44,787 bases of DNA from Myxococcota bacterium (GTDB lineage: Bacteria; Myxococcota_A; Polyangia; Polyangiales; Sandaracinaceae), in NCBI GenBank assembly GCA_036149055.1, contig JAYZQJ010000160.1, positions 1 to 44,787 on the forward strand, in the 5' to 3' direction. Under the pieces are notes generated by a model that saw only the letters and a list, made by a program, of their open reading frames with translations, was not told the origin of the DNA and searched no databases. Numbering within the stretch: the stretch's first letter is position 1; every line of letters begins with the position of its first letter. A program made the position numbers and the translations under genes. Positions 9,729-19,393 of the stretch are shown here, in pieces.

Positions 9729-12628
9729 TCGTCGCCCCCATCCCCCGCCCCCCCCAAACGACGCTCGGTCGTTGAGATACCGTACACCCCTCGGCCGTCC
9801 TCGGCCAACGCGGTAGCCGAGAGGCTGACCTCGACGACGGAACCATCTCTGCGCAATCGCGTCGCCCGGAATGGGGCGAGGGGAGAGGACTGCGTCGAGC
9901 TCATCATTCGTGTCAGCTCGGTTTGCCAATTGCCGTTCGGGATCATGTCGCGGATGTGCATCCCCACGGCCTCCTCCTCGGTCCACCCGTACAGACGCTC
10001 GGCTCCAGGGTTCCAGGCTTCGATGCGCCCCTCCAGGCCCAGCACCAGCACCGCGTCGTGGGCGTCTCGGAGCACCGCCGCCAGCCTGCGAAGCGCCTCC
10101 GATTCACGCATCATCTCTCGCGCTGTCTTCACCTCCGTGATGTCGGTGAAGGTGATGACCGCGCCTTCGATCAGGTTCTCCAGCGTGCGGTACGGTCGGA
10201 TCCGCAGCAGGTACCATCTCTCGCTCACGCTCTGGACCTCGACCTCCTTCGGCACGAGCGTCTCGAGCACGCCCCGCGTGTCCTCGACGAGCGAGGCGTA
10301 GTCTATGAGGTTTGATGTGATCTGGGCGATCGGGCGCCCCAGGTCGCTCTCGATCACGGGGACGATCTCGCGCACCGCGGGCGTGAAGCGCTGAATCGTG
10401 AGCGCGTGGTCGAGGAACAGGGTCCCGATGTCGGTGCCCGCGAGCAGGTTGCTGAGATCGTTGTTGGTGCGCGTCAGCTCGGTCACGTTCGCGTGCAACT
10501 CCGCGTTGACGGTGGCGAGCTCCTCGTTGACCGATTGGAGCTCCTCTTTGGACGTCTCGAGCTCCTCGTTGGTGGACTGGAGCTCTTCGTTCACCGATTG
10601 CAGCTCTTCGTTCGAGGACTGGAGCGCCTCCTGCGTCGAGCGCGCCGCCCGCTGCGTGCGTCGGATGTACTCGTCTTTGGCGGCCAGCTCCCGACGCAGG
10701 GCCGTCAGGGCGCTCCGCTCGTCCGCCTCGACGGCGACGCCTGCCTCCTTCGGCGCCGCCACGCGGGAGGTGGGCTCGAGCACGACGAGGGCCACGGGGT
10801 GCTCGTGTGACAGCTTCTCGCGCGCGACGGGCCGAGCCTCGAGGTTCATCGAGGTCGTCCGGCCGTGGGTCTCCAGCCTGAGCCCCTGGACCGAGACGGG
10901 AGCGCCCTCGTCGATGACGCGGTAGACGGCGCCCGCCAGCTCGTGCCGGAGACCTTCGTGCGCCATCTCGAACGCGTTCCGGGTCGCGCCCTCGCCCGGG
11001 GAGGGCTCGAAGTACAGGCCGGCGCGTCCGTGCAGGTACAGGATCTCGCCCTGAGCGTCCACCAGGAGCGCGACGGCGCGCCCGTGCTCGAGCAGCCCGC
11101 GTTCGGTCAGCTGTCGGGGCGATGCCTGCGGGGACTCCACCTCGGCCACCGCCGTGGGGATCCGGGCCGCGAAGCGCCGGGCGGACGACGATTGAAGGGC
11201 AGGTCGCCCACCGGCGTGGCGAGGGTGCTGCGCGTAGAGCCGTGCGCGGTGGTTGATGGTGCTGAACAGGTGATCGTGAGGCCCGATCGTCTCGGAGGGT
11301 CCGAGGAGGAGCACACCTCCCGGGTTGAGCGCGTAGTGAAACATCGGGATCACGCGCCGTTGGGAGGCGGCGTCGAGATAGATGAGCAGATTCCGGCAGC
11401 TGACGAGGTCGAGCCGGGAGAACGGCGGGTCCCGGAGCACGTCGTGCACGGAGAAGATCACCTTCTCGCGGATCTGGCTCCCGATGCGAAACGTGTCCGA
11501 CTCGGCGCGGGCCGTGAAGAACCGAGCCAGCCGAGACGTAGAGACGTCCTCGGCGATGCTGGCCGGGTACACGCCCGCGCGGGCGATGGCGACGGCGTTG
11601 GGATCGAGATCGGTCGCGAAGACCTGGTAGTCCAGCGCGACTCCCTCGGACGTGGCCCACTCGCTCAGCAAGATGGCGAGCGAGTAGGCCTCCTCCCCGG
11701 TCGAGCAGCCGGCCACCCAGGCGCGGAGAGGCGTGCCGCGGGGGAGCGCGGCCACGAGCCGCGGCAGGGCCTCCGCCCGCAGCGCCTCGAAGCAGTCGGG
11801 ATCGCGAAAGAAGCGGGTGACGCCGATGAGCATGTCGTCGAGCAACGCCTTCGCCTCGTCCTCGTCGCGCTCGAGCATCGTCAGGTAGGCGGGCAGGTTT
11901 GCGGCCGAGCGCACCGCCATTCGCCGTCGCAGCCGACGCTGTAGAGTGCTCGTCTTGTACCCCGATAGATCGTGCCCGGTCCTCTTCTCGAGCTCCGACA
12001 GGATGGCGCTCAGGAGCGACTCGTTGCTCCTCGCTCCTTCCGCCGGCAGCGCGGACCGCTCGTTCACGCGCCCGGCCAGCCCGGCCGGGGGGAGGACGTA
12101 GTCCACGTCTCCGGTGGCGATCGCGCTGCTCGGCATGCCCTGGAACTCGGCCGTGTCGGGCGCCTGCGCCATCGTCGTCCCACCCGCCGCGGCGATGGCC
12201 GAGAGTCCCGCCGTCCCGTCGCGCCCAGTGCCCGAGAGCACGACCCCGACCGCGTGGGGGCCGTGTATTCGAGCCATGGATTCGAAGAGGCTGTCGATGG
12301 GGCCGATCCCGTCTCGGCGGTCACGCTCTACCCACCTCAGGGCGTCACCCTCTACGAAGGGCGTGACCCCCGGCGGCACGACGTACACGCGCCCTGCCTG
12401 GAGGGCCTCGCCGGCGCTCGCGGCGACGACCTCGACGTGGGCTACGCGTCGCAGCAGCTCCGGCAGCAGGCTCTCGTGGTCCGGAGCCAGGTGTTGTACG
12501 ACCACGAACGCGTGCGCGGAGGCCGCCTCCGGGCTGAGCGCGGCGAAGAAAGCCTCGAGGGCCACGAGCCCGCCGGCTGACGCCCCGACGCCCACCACGC
12601 CATGCTCGCGTCGATCGGGTGTAGACAT
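9725..12628 (-). CDS. CheB methylesterase-CheR methyltransferase fusion with coiled coil and PAS domains
   Basis: CheB triad GASAGG / VQHL / SGTGRDG. CheR motifs [32 protein letters not shown]. EELQSxNEEL repeats and C-terminal PAS domains. Confidence 0.95.
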   Translation of the reverse strand: MSTPDRREHGVVGVGASAGGLVALEAFFAALSPEAASAHAFVVVQHLAPDHESLLPELLRRVAHVEVVAASAGEALQAGRVYVVPPGVTPFVEGDALRWVERDRRDGIGPIDSLFESMARIHGPHAVGVVLSGTGRDGTAGLSAIAAAGGTTMAQAPDTAEFQGMPSSAIATGDVDYVLPPAGLAGRVNERSALPAEGARSNESLLSAILSELEKRTGHDLSGYKTSTLQRRLRRRMAVRSAANLPAYLTMLERDEDEAKALLDDMLIGVTRFFRDPDCFEALRAEALPRLVAALPRGTPLRAWVAGCSTGEEAYSLAILLSEWATSEGVALDYQVFATDLDPNAVAIARAGVYPASIAEDVSTSRLARFFTARAESDTFRIGSQIREKVIFSVHDVLRDPPFSRLDLVSCRNLLIYLDAASQRRVIPMFHYALNPGGVLLLGPSETIGPHDHLFSTINHRARLYAQHPRHAGGRPALQSSSARRFAARIPTAVAEVESPQASPRQLTERGLLEHGRAVALLVDAQGEILYLHGRAGLYFEPSPGEGATRNAFEMAHEGLRHELAGAVYRVIDEGAPVSVQGLRLETHGRTTSMNLEARPVAREKLSHEHPVALVVLEPTSRVAAPKEAGVAVEADERSALTALRRELAAKDEYIRRTQRAARSTQEALQSSNEELQSVNEELQSTNEELETSKEELQSVNEELATVNAELHANVTELTRTNNDLSNLLAGTDIGTLFLDHALTIQRFTPAVREIVPVIESDLGRPIAQITSNLIDYASLVEDTRGVLETLVPKEVEVQSVSERWYLLRIRPYRTLENLIEGAVITFTDITEVKTAREMMRESEALRRLAAVLRDAHDAVLVLGLEGRIEAWNPGAERLYGWTEEEAVGMHIRDMIPNGNWQTELTRMMSSTQSSPLAPFRATRLRRDGSVVEVSLSATALAEDGRGVYGISTTERRLGGAGDGGDE

Positions 12629-12684
12629 GTCGCGAGCCTACGCCTTGCCGCGCCTCCGCGTCGGTGCAATCCCGGCGGGCCGGA

Positions 12685-14883
12685 TCAAGCGGGCGTCTCA
12701 GGTCGCGAGGTGCGGACGATGCACGAGATGCAGTCGGTCAAGGTCGCGCGGTCCAACGGCCTCTGCAGCACGGTCAGAGCGTTCTGTCGGATATAGCCGC
12801 CGGCGTCACCAACGAAGAGTCCGCCGGTCATGAAGAGCATTCGCCGAGCCAGGTCTGGACGGCGAGCCTTCACCCACGCGTGAAGCGCGGTCCCACCCAC
12901 GATTGGCATCAACAGGTCGCAGAGGATGGCGTCGAAGGAGGCGTCGCGCTCGAGAATGCCCATGGCCTCGATGGCCCCGGCCGCCGTGACGACGTCCTGA
13001 TGCGCCTCCAGCAGCCGACGGACGCCGGCGAGGATCACGGGCTCGTCGTCCACCACCAGGATCCGGCCCCGACTCGACGCCCGGTTGCCAGAGGGGGCCT
13101 GGGACGACATCGGCGGGATGCGCTCGTGGGCCGGGAAGCTCAGCCGCACCCGTGTTCCCCGCCCGCGCTCGCTCTCCAAGGAGATGCTGCCCCCGTGTTC
13201 CTCGACGATGTCTCGGCAGAGGGGGAGACCGAGGCCGGTGCCCGCGCCTGGGGGGCGGGTCGAGAAGAAGGGCTCGAAGGCACGGGAGAGGTGCTCCGGG
13301 GCGATTCCGCAGCCGTCGTCACGGACCTCCGCCTGCACCCGTCCCCCGTGCATCCAGGTGCGGACCGAGACGTGATGTGCCTCGACGTCGCCCGACGGGA
13401 ACGACTGCGCCGCGTTGACCAACAGGTTCAGGAAGAGTTGAGCGAGCAGCCCCTCGGAGCCCAGCACGCACGACGTGGCCCCGAGATCCTGACTGAGCCG
13501 CGCGCGGAGCTGTAGCTCACCGCTGCTCATCGCGACCGCGCTGGACACCGCGCGAGCGAGGTCGACGGGCTCTCTCGGGCCATCGGTGCGCGCGAACGCC
13601 CCCAGCGCCAGGATCACACGGCCGATGCGCAGCGCCGCGTCGAGGCATCCCTCCGCCTGGCCGCCGAGCTCGGAGAAGCGCTCGTGTGACAGCTGGTCGA
13701 ACGCGGCGGAGAGTCTCTGTCGCGCCCCCGTCTCACCGAGCGCTCCTACCAACTCCCCGACCGCCGCCCTCGCCGACACCTCGACGCTGGGCAGTCCTTC
13801 CGAGAGCTGCTCGGCGAGCATGGTGAGGTACGTGAGGGGGTTGCCGATCTGGTGGGCCACGCTGGCCGCCAGCATGCCCATGTTGTCGACTCGGTCCTGG
13901 CGAGCGCGGCTCGCGCGTGCGGCCTCGAGGTCGGTCTCGTCGCGCACTCCGACCAGCAGCGCCGGCCCGCCGTCGATTTCGAGCGGGCTCGCGATCAGGC
14001 CCGCTCGAAACCGCGATCCGTCCAGGCGGCGGAGCGCCCAGGCGTATCGGCACGCAGCTTCGGCGGTCTCCATCGTGGGGGAGCGCGGTGGCGACCGGGG
14101 CGGCGCGTCGGCGTCGTGGTCCCACAACGCGAGTGACGAGAGTGCGGCGACGTCTGGCGCGCCGAACAGGCGGAGCGCGGCAGGGTTGGCCAAGGTCACC
14201 CTCCAGTCCGGTGGCTGAAGGACGAGGAGCGCGTCCGCGGAGCCCTCGAAGAGGGCGCGAAAGCGAGCCTCGCTCTGGTGCAATCGAGCTTGCTCGCGTC
14301 GATGCTCTCGGATGTCGGTCACCCCCACGCGGACGCGAATCTCGGACTCTCCAACCTGCTCCGCGACATCCAGGCGGACCCAGACGGGTTCGCCCTTCAC
14401 GTCGAGCAAGCGCAGCTCGCACCGCTGCGGAGCTCGATCGCGGCGCAGGCGATGGCGACACTCCAGCCACCGACACTGGTCGCTGGGCGCAACGAGGCGT
14501 GTGATGTGAGTGTTCGGTAGCCGCGACGCCTGGAGGCCCAGCACGGCACTCACCGCGGCGTTGGCCTCGACGATCGCGTCGCTCTCGTCGAGACACAGAT
14601 AACCGATCGGCGCCTCGTCGAAGATCTGAGCGTAGCGCTCCCCAGCGCGGGCCTCGGCCCGACCCACGCGCCGCAGGTGTTCGTTCTGCAACTGCAGCTC
14701 GATCTGGTGCACTCGCAACTCTCGGATGAGGTCACGGGCGGCCGAGAGCGGAAGCTCGTCTGTGTTCTCGGGGTGCAGTTTGGATTGCGATGAGGCGATC
14801 TCTTCCGCGCGTGTTCGCAGCGACGGAGAGCCGTCCCACCGCGGCGCGATCCACGTTCGAGCGTCTTCAGCTGCGTTCCCCAT
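12685..14883 (-). CDS. PAS-PAS hybrid histidine kinase paralog (HK2) with degenerate motifs
   Basis: Collinear with HK1 throughout, but H-box is AHQIGNPL and receiver end is LQRPL. Start is ATG 14883 (GTG 14928 possible). Confidence 0.9.
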   Translation of the reverse strand: MGNAAEDARTWIAPRWDGSPSLRTRAEEIASSQSKLHPENTDELPLSAARDLIRELRVHQIELQLQNEHLRRVGRAEARAGERYAQIFDEAPIGYLCLDESDAIVEANAAVSAVLGLQASRLPNTHITRLVAPSDQCRWLECRHRLRRDRAPQRCELRLLDVKGEPVWVRLDVAEQVGESEIRVRVGVTDIREHRREQARLHQSEARFRALFEGSADALLVLQPPDWRVTLANPAALRLFGAPDVAALSSLALWDHDADAPPRSPPRSPTMETAEAACRYAWALRRLDGSRFRAGLIASPLEIDGGPALLVGVRDETDLEAARASRARQDRVDNMGMLAASVAHQIGNPLTYLTMLAEQLSEGLPSVEVSARAAVGELVGALGETGARQRLSAAFDQLSHERFSELGGQAEGCLDAALRIGRVILALGAFARTDGPREPVDLARAVSSAVAMSSGELQLRARLSQDLGATSCVLGSEGLLAQLFLNLLVNAAQSFPSGDVEAHHVSVRTWMHGGRVQAEVRDDGCGIAPEHLSRAFEPFFSTRPPGAGTGLGLPLCRDIVEEHGGSISLESERGRGTRVRLSFPAHERIPPMSSQAPSGNRASSRGRILVVDDEPVILAGVRRLLEAHQDVVTAAGAIEAMGILERDASFDAILCDLLMPIVGGTALHAWVKARRPDLARRMLFMTGGLFVGDAGGYIRQNALTVLQRPLDRATLTDCISCIVRTSRPETPA

Positions 14884-14962
14884 CTCGCGCCCCCGTCCGC
14901 GACCCCAGGTCGCTGAATCACTGTACACATCATCAGGGCCGAAAGCTCACCCACGTCGCCCA

Positions 14963-17900
14963 TCAGAGCGCGGGGGGGAACGAGGTGGGCGTGGTGATCG
15001 GGGTGGTGATCGCGGGGTCGAGGAGGTCGTAGGCGGGGCCGGTCGCGTCGACGGAGGCCTGGAGGGTGAGGGGCTCGAGGTGGGTCGCCGCCGGGCACCA
15101 GACGATCAGGATCTCGACCGGGGTCGCCCCGCCCGCGCCGGTGAACTGGACCTGGTTCGGGGTGGCGTCGGCGTTGAAGAAGTCCTGCACCTCGAGGAAG
15201 AGGTCCTCGGTGCGCATGCTGCCCACGGCGCTGCCCGCGAAGACCCAGAGCCCGGAGTCGTTCACGTCGTCGTCGGTCTCGCGCATCCAGAAGCCCTCGG
15301 TGTGGGTGAGGGTGCCGGTGTAGCGGACGACGAAGTCGAACTGGTTGCTGAGCGCGGTGCCGCCGAGGCGGTCGAAGCCGTCGACGTCGGTGACGCTCCA
15401 GGCGCCGAGCCCGCTGTCGACCCACTCCTCCACCGCCACGCCGGCCGCCAGGTCGTAGCCGGTCTGCTCGCTCATGGTGCCGCGGCCCCGCGCGAACTCC
15501 CAGATGAGGCGGCGATCGGCGTCGGTGATGTTGCTGCCGCGGCACGCCGCGTCCTCGACCGCGCCGCCCGCGGCGAAGACCCGCAGCTCCGCGGTGAGGC
15601 CGGTGGTGGGCGCCGGGATCGCGCCCTCGGTGAAGGTCTCGGTCGCGCCGCTCTCGTCGGTGATGCGCAGCTCGCGCGGGGCGCCGTCGACGACCTCGAA
15701 GGTCCAGGTGTCGCGCTGGCCGTTGAGCTCGGGCGGGGTCTCCCAGCCGGACGGGATCATGACCACGCTCTCCACCGTCTCGCCGTCGCGCTCGACGCTG
15801 AACGACCGGAAGATGCGGCGCCGGCCCGGGCCCCAGGGGTTTCGGATCTCGGCCCACTCGAGGGTGGTGGCGTCGAAGCGGAGCTCGTAGGCGCGCTCGA
15901 CGAGGGCGCCGGCCTCCGAGCGGGTCTGCAGGCCGCTCCAGACCGAGGTGCCGAGGGCGTCGAGGAGGGCGCGGCGCGGGTCCGGGCCTGCGTCGGGCGC
16001 CTCTCCCGCGTCGCCGGCGTCGACCGGGTCGACCACGCCGGAGTCGCCGGGCCCGGCGTCCGCTTCGTCGCCGGCGTCCATCGGGACCCCCGAGTCGTCG
16101 AAGCTCACCTCGCCGTCGCAGCCGACGAGGAGGAGCAGCGCCGCGAGCCAGCGGGCGCTCGCGGATCGGGGAGGTCGTCGCCGCCTCCGGGCGCCGAGCA
16201 CGAGGAGCGCGAGGGCGAGGAGGGCGAGCGGGGCGGGGGAGGATCGGCCGGGGACGGCGCAGCCGCAGCCCCCCTCGTCGCCGCCGGGGCCGCCGCCCGG
16301 GCCCGCGTCTCCCGGGGCGCCGCCGTCGCCACCGCCGGGGCCGCCGTCGGGGAGCGGGGGCGGCTCGGGGAGGCCGGGCACGGTGAGGCGACGGCAGGAG
16401 GCGTCGCCGCTCGCGTACTCCGGCGGGTAGGCGCGCGAGAGCGAGCCGTGCGGGTCCGCCATCAGGTCCTCGAGGCCGACGAGCCGGCAGTTGGGCACGC
16501 TCGGCGCGCCGAAGAGCTCGAGGTCTCCGTCGTGGCACTCGACCGGCGCGTCCCCGTCGATGCTCGCCATGTGAAAGGTCTCGCCGTCGTGCACGCTGAG
16601 GAGCGGCCCGATGCCCGTGCCCTCGGGGAAGACCGCCGCCTGCAGGTAGTCGCAGAGCCCGAGCTGGGTCCACTCCATCGTGTAGGAGGCGTCGAAGCTC
16701 GCCGCGCCCGCGCCGATCGGGTCACCCGAGAGCAGGACCTGGTGGTTCGCGAAGGTCGCCGCGGTGATGTTGAACGAGTACGACCAGAGGCCGGACTCGG
16801 GCAGGAACTCGAGCGCGTGGCCGCCGAGCGTGGCCGGGGCGCTCTCGTCGAGGCGCATCTCCAGGCGGTCGGAGAAGCTGTCCCGGCCGACCCGATACTC
16901 GCGCGCGAGGTCGACGATGTAGGTCTCCGCGGTCTCGCGCACCCGCTCGGTCAGGACCTCGCGCACCTCGCGGAGCAGCGGGCCGAGCAACCTCGCGAGC
17001 GCGTCGGGGATGCTGATCGAGACGCCGAAGCGGTCGAAGAAGTCGCTGAGGTTCTGGTACCAGACCGGCGTGACCGCGCGGCCGAGCAGCTCGTAGTCGA
17101 CGCTGGTGGTGCGGGTCGCCCAGTCGTCCAGCGGGGCGAAGATGGCGGCGACGTCGCTGGGCATCACGTCGAAGCCGTGGTCGGCGTCGTCGGTGATCGG
17201 CGCGTTGAGCTGGGCCGAGAGGTTGCCGATGACCTGCATCAGCGCCGGGAGGAAGAGGTTGAGGTCGTCGCCGAGCCGATCGCTGATCGCGTCGAACGCG
17301 CTCGGCAGCTCCCGGCCGCCCGCGTCGGTCCGCGGCGCGAGCAGGTTCACGTAGACGTAGTAGCGGCCGAAGAGCGTCGGGCAGCTGCCGCTGCAGGCGG
17401 TCTCGTCGTCGGGCGTGCCCACCACGCCGTCGTCGCCCGCGGTCACCCCCAGCTCGGCGCCGCGGGTCGAGCTCGGGTCGGCCATGTCGGCGATCTCGGC
17501 CTCGATGAAGGCGCGCAGCTCCACCCGCAGGCGCTGGATCTCCGCGAGGTACACCGGCGTCATCGCCACGTGCTCCCAGGACGCGAAGCCCGCGGCCCCG
17601 GCCCAGCTCAGCAGGTTGCCGTCCGGGGAGGCCGCGCGCGCCGCCTCCCAGCGGATCACCGCGTCCTGGGCGAGCCGCTGCCAGAGGGGGCTGTCCACGT
17701 CGTAGTAGGCGCGGAGCACGAAGCTCTCCGGGATCGTGTGGCGGAGCGAGGCCTCGTCGAACGCGCTCGGGTCGCTCTGGCGCACCGCGTCCTGGATCCG
17801 GCTCTCGGTGACGATGTGCCCGACCACGTTCTCGAACGACGACAGGCGCCGCGCGCTGCGGGGCGTGAGCGTGAAGGTCTCGCCGGTCTCGTGGTTGACG

Positions 17901-18304
17901 AAGTGGTGGGCCACCGCGTCGGTCGCGCCGTGCAGGAAGCAGCCGAGCGCGTAGGCCCGCTCCGGCTCGGTGATCGCCTCCTGGTAGAGCAGCTCGCACT
18001 GCCCGTAGGGGTCCTGATGCACCCCGTGGCTCGCGTCGGTCATCCCGGGGAAGACGGTGTTGTCGGGCCCGATCGCGCCGGCGCGGAAGGCGAGCGGCTG
18101 GTTGACGATCGCCTCGGCGTCCTCCTCCGGGAGGCGCACCACCGCGCCGCTCCAGCGCAGGGTGAGGGTGCCGTCGCCGCTGGCGATGAGGCCCTCGCGG
18201 ATCTCGTTCGCCATCACGATGTGCACGCGCGTCGTGTAGGCGGAGGCGGCGCTCGGCAGCGCGAGCAGCGCGAGGCAAGCGGTCCAGAAGCGAAGGGAGG
18301 TCAT
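14963..18304 (-). CDS. secreted Zn-dependent phospholipase C-like protein with internal MYXO-CTERM, fused to a second lipoprotein-like module
   Basis: Signal peptide ..SAASA|YTTRVH, then GAIGPD, GCFLHGATDAVAH, GHIVTE (PLC/P1-nuclease Zn ligands). Internal GGCGCAV..LALLALALLVLGARRRRR, then RWLAALLLLVG-C. PA14-like FVVRYTG..DDD near the end. Confidence 0.8.
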   Translation of the reverse strand: MTSLRFWTACLALLALPSAASAYTTRVHIVMANEIREGLIASGDGTLTLRWSGAVVRLPEEDAEAIVNQPLAFRAGAIGPDNTVFPGMTDASHGVHQDPYGQCELLYQEAITEPERAYALGCFLHGATDAVAHHFVNHETGETFTLTPRSARRLSSFENVVGHIVTESRIQDAVRQSDPSAFDEASLRHTIPESFVLRAYYDVDSPLWQRLAQDAVIRWEAARAASPDGNLLSWAGAAGFASWEHVAMTPVYLAEIQRLRVELRAFIEAEIADMADPSSTRGAELGVTAGDDGVVGTPDDETACSGSCPTLFGRYYVYVNLLAPRTDAGGRELPSAFDAISDRLGDDLNLFLPALMQVIGNLSAQLNAPITDDADHGFDVMPSDVAAIFAPLDDWATRTTSVDYELLGRAVTPVWYQNLSDFFDRFGVSISIPDALARLLGPLLREVREVLTERVRETAETYIVDLAREYRVGRDSFSDRLEMRLDESAPATLGGHALEFLPESGLWSYSFNITAATFANHQVLLSGDPIGAGAASFDASYTMEWTQLGLCDYLQAAVFPEGTGIGPLLSVHDGETFHMASIDGDAPVECHDGDLELFGAPSVPNCRLVGLEDLMADPHGSLSRAYPPEYASGDASCRRLTVPGLPEPPPLPDGGPGGGDGGAPGDAGPGGGPGGDEGGCGCAVPGRSSPAPLALLALALLVLGARRRRRPPRSASARWLAALLLLVGCDGEVSFDDSGVPMDAGDEADAGPGDSGVVDPVDAGDAGEAPDAGPDPRRALLDALGTSVWSGLQTRSEAGALVERAYELRFDATTLEWAEIRNPWGPGRRRIFRSFSVERDGETVESVVMIPSGWETPPELNGQRDTWTFEVVDGAPRELRITDESGATETFTEGAIPAPTTGLTAELRVFAAGGAVEDAACRGSNITDADRRLIWEFARGRGTMSEQTGYDLAAGVAVEEWVDSGLGAWSVTDVDGFDRLGGTALSNQFDFVVRYTGTLTHTEGFWMRETDDDVNDSGLWVFAGSAVGSMRTEDLFLEVQDFFNADATPNQVQFTGAGGATPVEILIVWCPAATHLEPLTLQASVDATGPAYDLLDPAITTPITTPTSFPPAL

Positions 18305-18341
18305 GCCCCCCATCAAACCCGAGGACGGGCGCGGAGGCAAT

Positions 18342-19331
18342 TCACGCGAAGAGCGCGCTGAGCACCTGCATCTGCGCGTGGAGCGCCTGCTCCTTGTGGC
18401 CGAGCAGATACATCTGCGAGAGCAGCGGCGAGGCGTTGATCTCGATGAACGCGGCGCGGGCCGGGTCGGCCTCGAGGCCCTCGAGCTTCAGGTCGACGCC
18501 GAAGTGCCGCAGGCCCACCGCCTCGCCGGCCCGGGCGCACACCTGCCGCAGCCCCTCGGGGATGCGCTCGACGATGCGGGCGGTGCTCGCGCCGTTGAGG
18601 TTCTGGATCGGCCCGTCGAACGACAGCGCCGCGCCCTCGGGGGGCACGCTGGTCATCGTCCAGCCGCGGCGCTCGACCGTCTGGCGGAAGCGGCGGTCGC
18701 GGGTCAGGCGGCGGAGGCGCTCGGCGTCGGCGAACCGGGGATCGCGCGCCGCGAGCAGCTGGCCGAGGCTGCGCTTTCCGTCGCCGCGCACCTCGATCGG
18801 GCGCCGCTCGTAGCCGACGAGGAAGCGGCCATCGAGGAAGTCGAGCCGGAAGTCCCGCCCGTCGATGCGCTCCTGCACCAGCGCGATCGCGTCGAGCTGC
18901 CAGGCGGCCCGGACGGCGCGGCGCAGGGTGCCCTCGTCGTCGGCGAGCGTCACCCCGCGGCCGTGGCTCAGGCGGTTGGGCTTGACCACCACCGGGTAGC
19001 CGAGCTCCTTCGCGAACGCGACGCCCGGCGTCATGCCCGCGCGGTCCCGGTAGGACGCCATCGACGGGTGCTCGCGGGAGAGGCAGCGCGTGGTCCGGGG
19101 CGTGCGAAGGTCGGCGCGCTCCAGGAGCATGCCGGTGTAGTGCTTGTCCTCCGCCAGCCGGGCCGCCACCGCGTCGTTGAGCGGCGAGCGCCCCCCGAGC
19201 ATCGCCTGCCGCCGCTCCCCTTTTCGGAGCTCGAAGAGGTACCCGTACTCCGGATCGAGCACCGACGCCTCGAGGCCCAGCCGCTTGGCGGCCTCGAGAC
19301 AGAGCTGGGTGGCGGTGGGCAGCGTCGACAA
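18342..19331 (-). CDS. stand-alone ATP-grasp ligase (cyanophycin-synthetase/RimK-like)
   Basis: LAEDK, YPVVVKPNRLSHGRGV, LVQERIDGRDFR, FGVDL, IEINASP. Confidence 0.85.
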   Translation of the reverse strand: MSTLPTATQLCLEAAKRLGLEASVLDPEYGYLFELRKGERRQAMLGGRSPLNDAVAARLAEDKHYTGMLLERADLRTPRTTRCLSREHPSMASYRDRAGMTPGVAFAKELGYPVVVKPNRLSHGRGVTLADDEGTLRRAVRAAWQLDAIALVQERIDGRDFRLDFLDGRFLVGYERRPIEVRGDGKRSLGQLLAARDPRFADAERLRRLTRDRRFRQTVERRGWTMTSVPPEGAALSFDGPIQNLNGASTARIVERIPEGLRQVCARAGEAVGLRHFGVDLKLEGLEADPARAAFIEINASPLLSQMYLLGHKEQALHAQMQVLSALFA

Positions 19332-19393
19332 AGCGCCGATGCATGCGTCACCCCAGCCCCGTTGGCAAGCATCGATTCGGTTACTCTCCCGGC

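Noticed and set aside
14726..18361. Very long opposite-strand or alternate-frame ORFs (e.g. 14726..18361 +, 33351..37253 +, 5440..7638 +, 42583..44751 -)
   Set aside because: Shadow ORFs expected in high-GC DNA: Arg/Ala/Gly/Pro-rich, motif-free, and overlapping well-supported genes.
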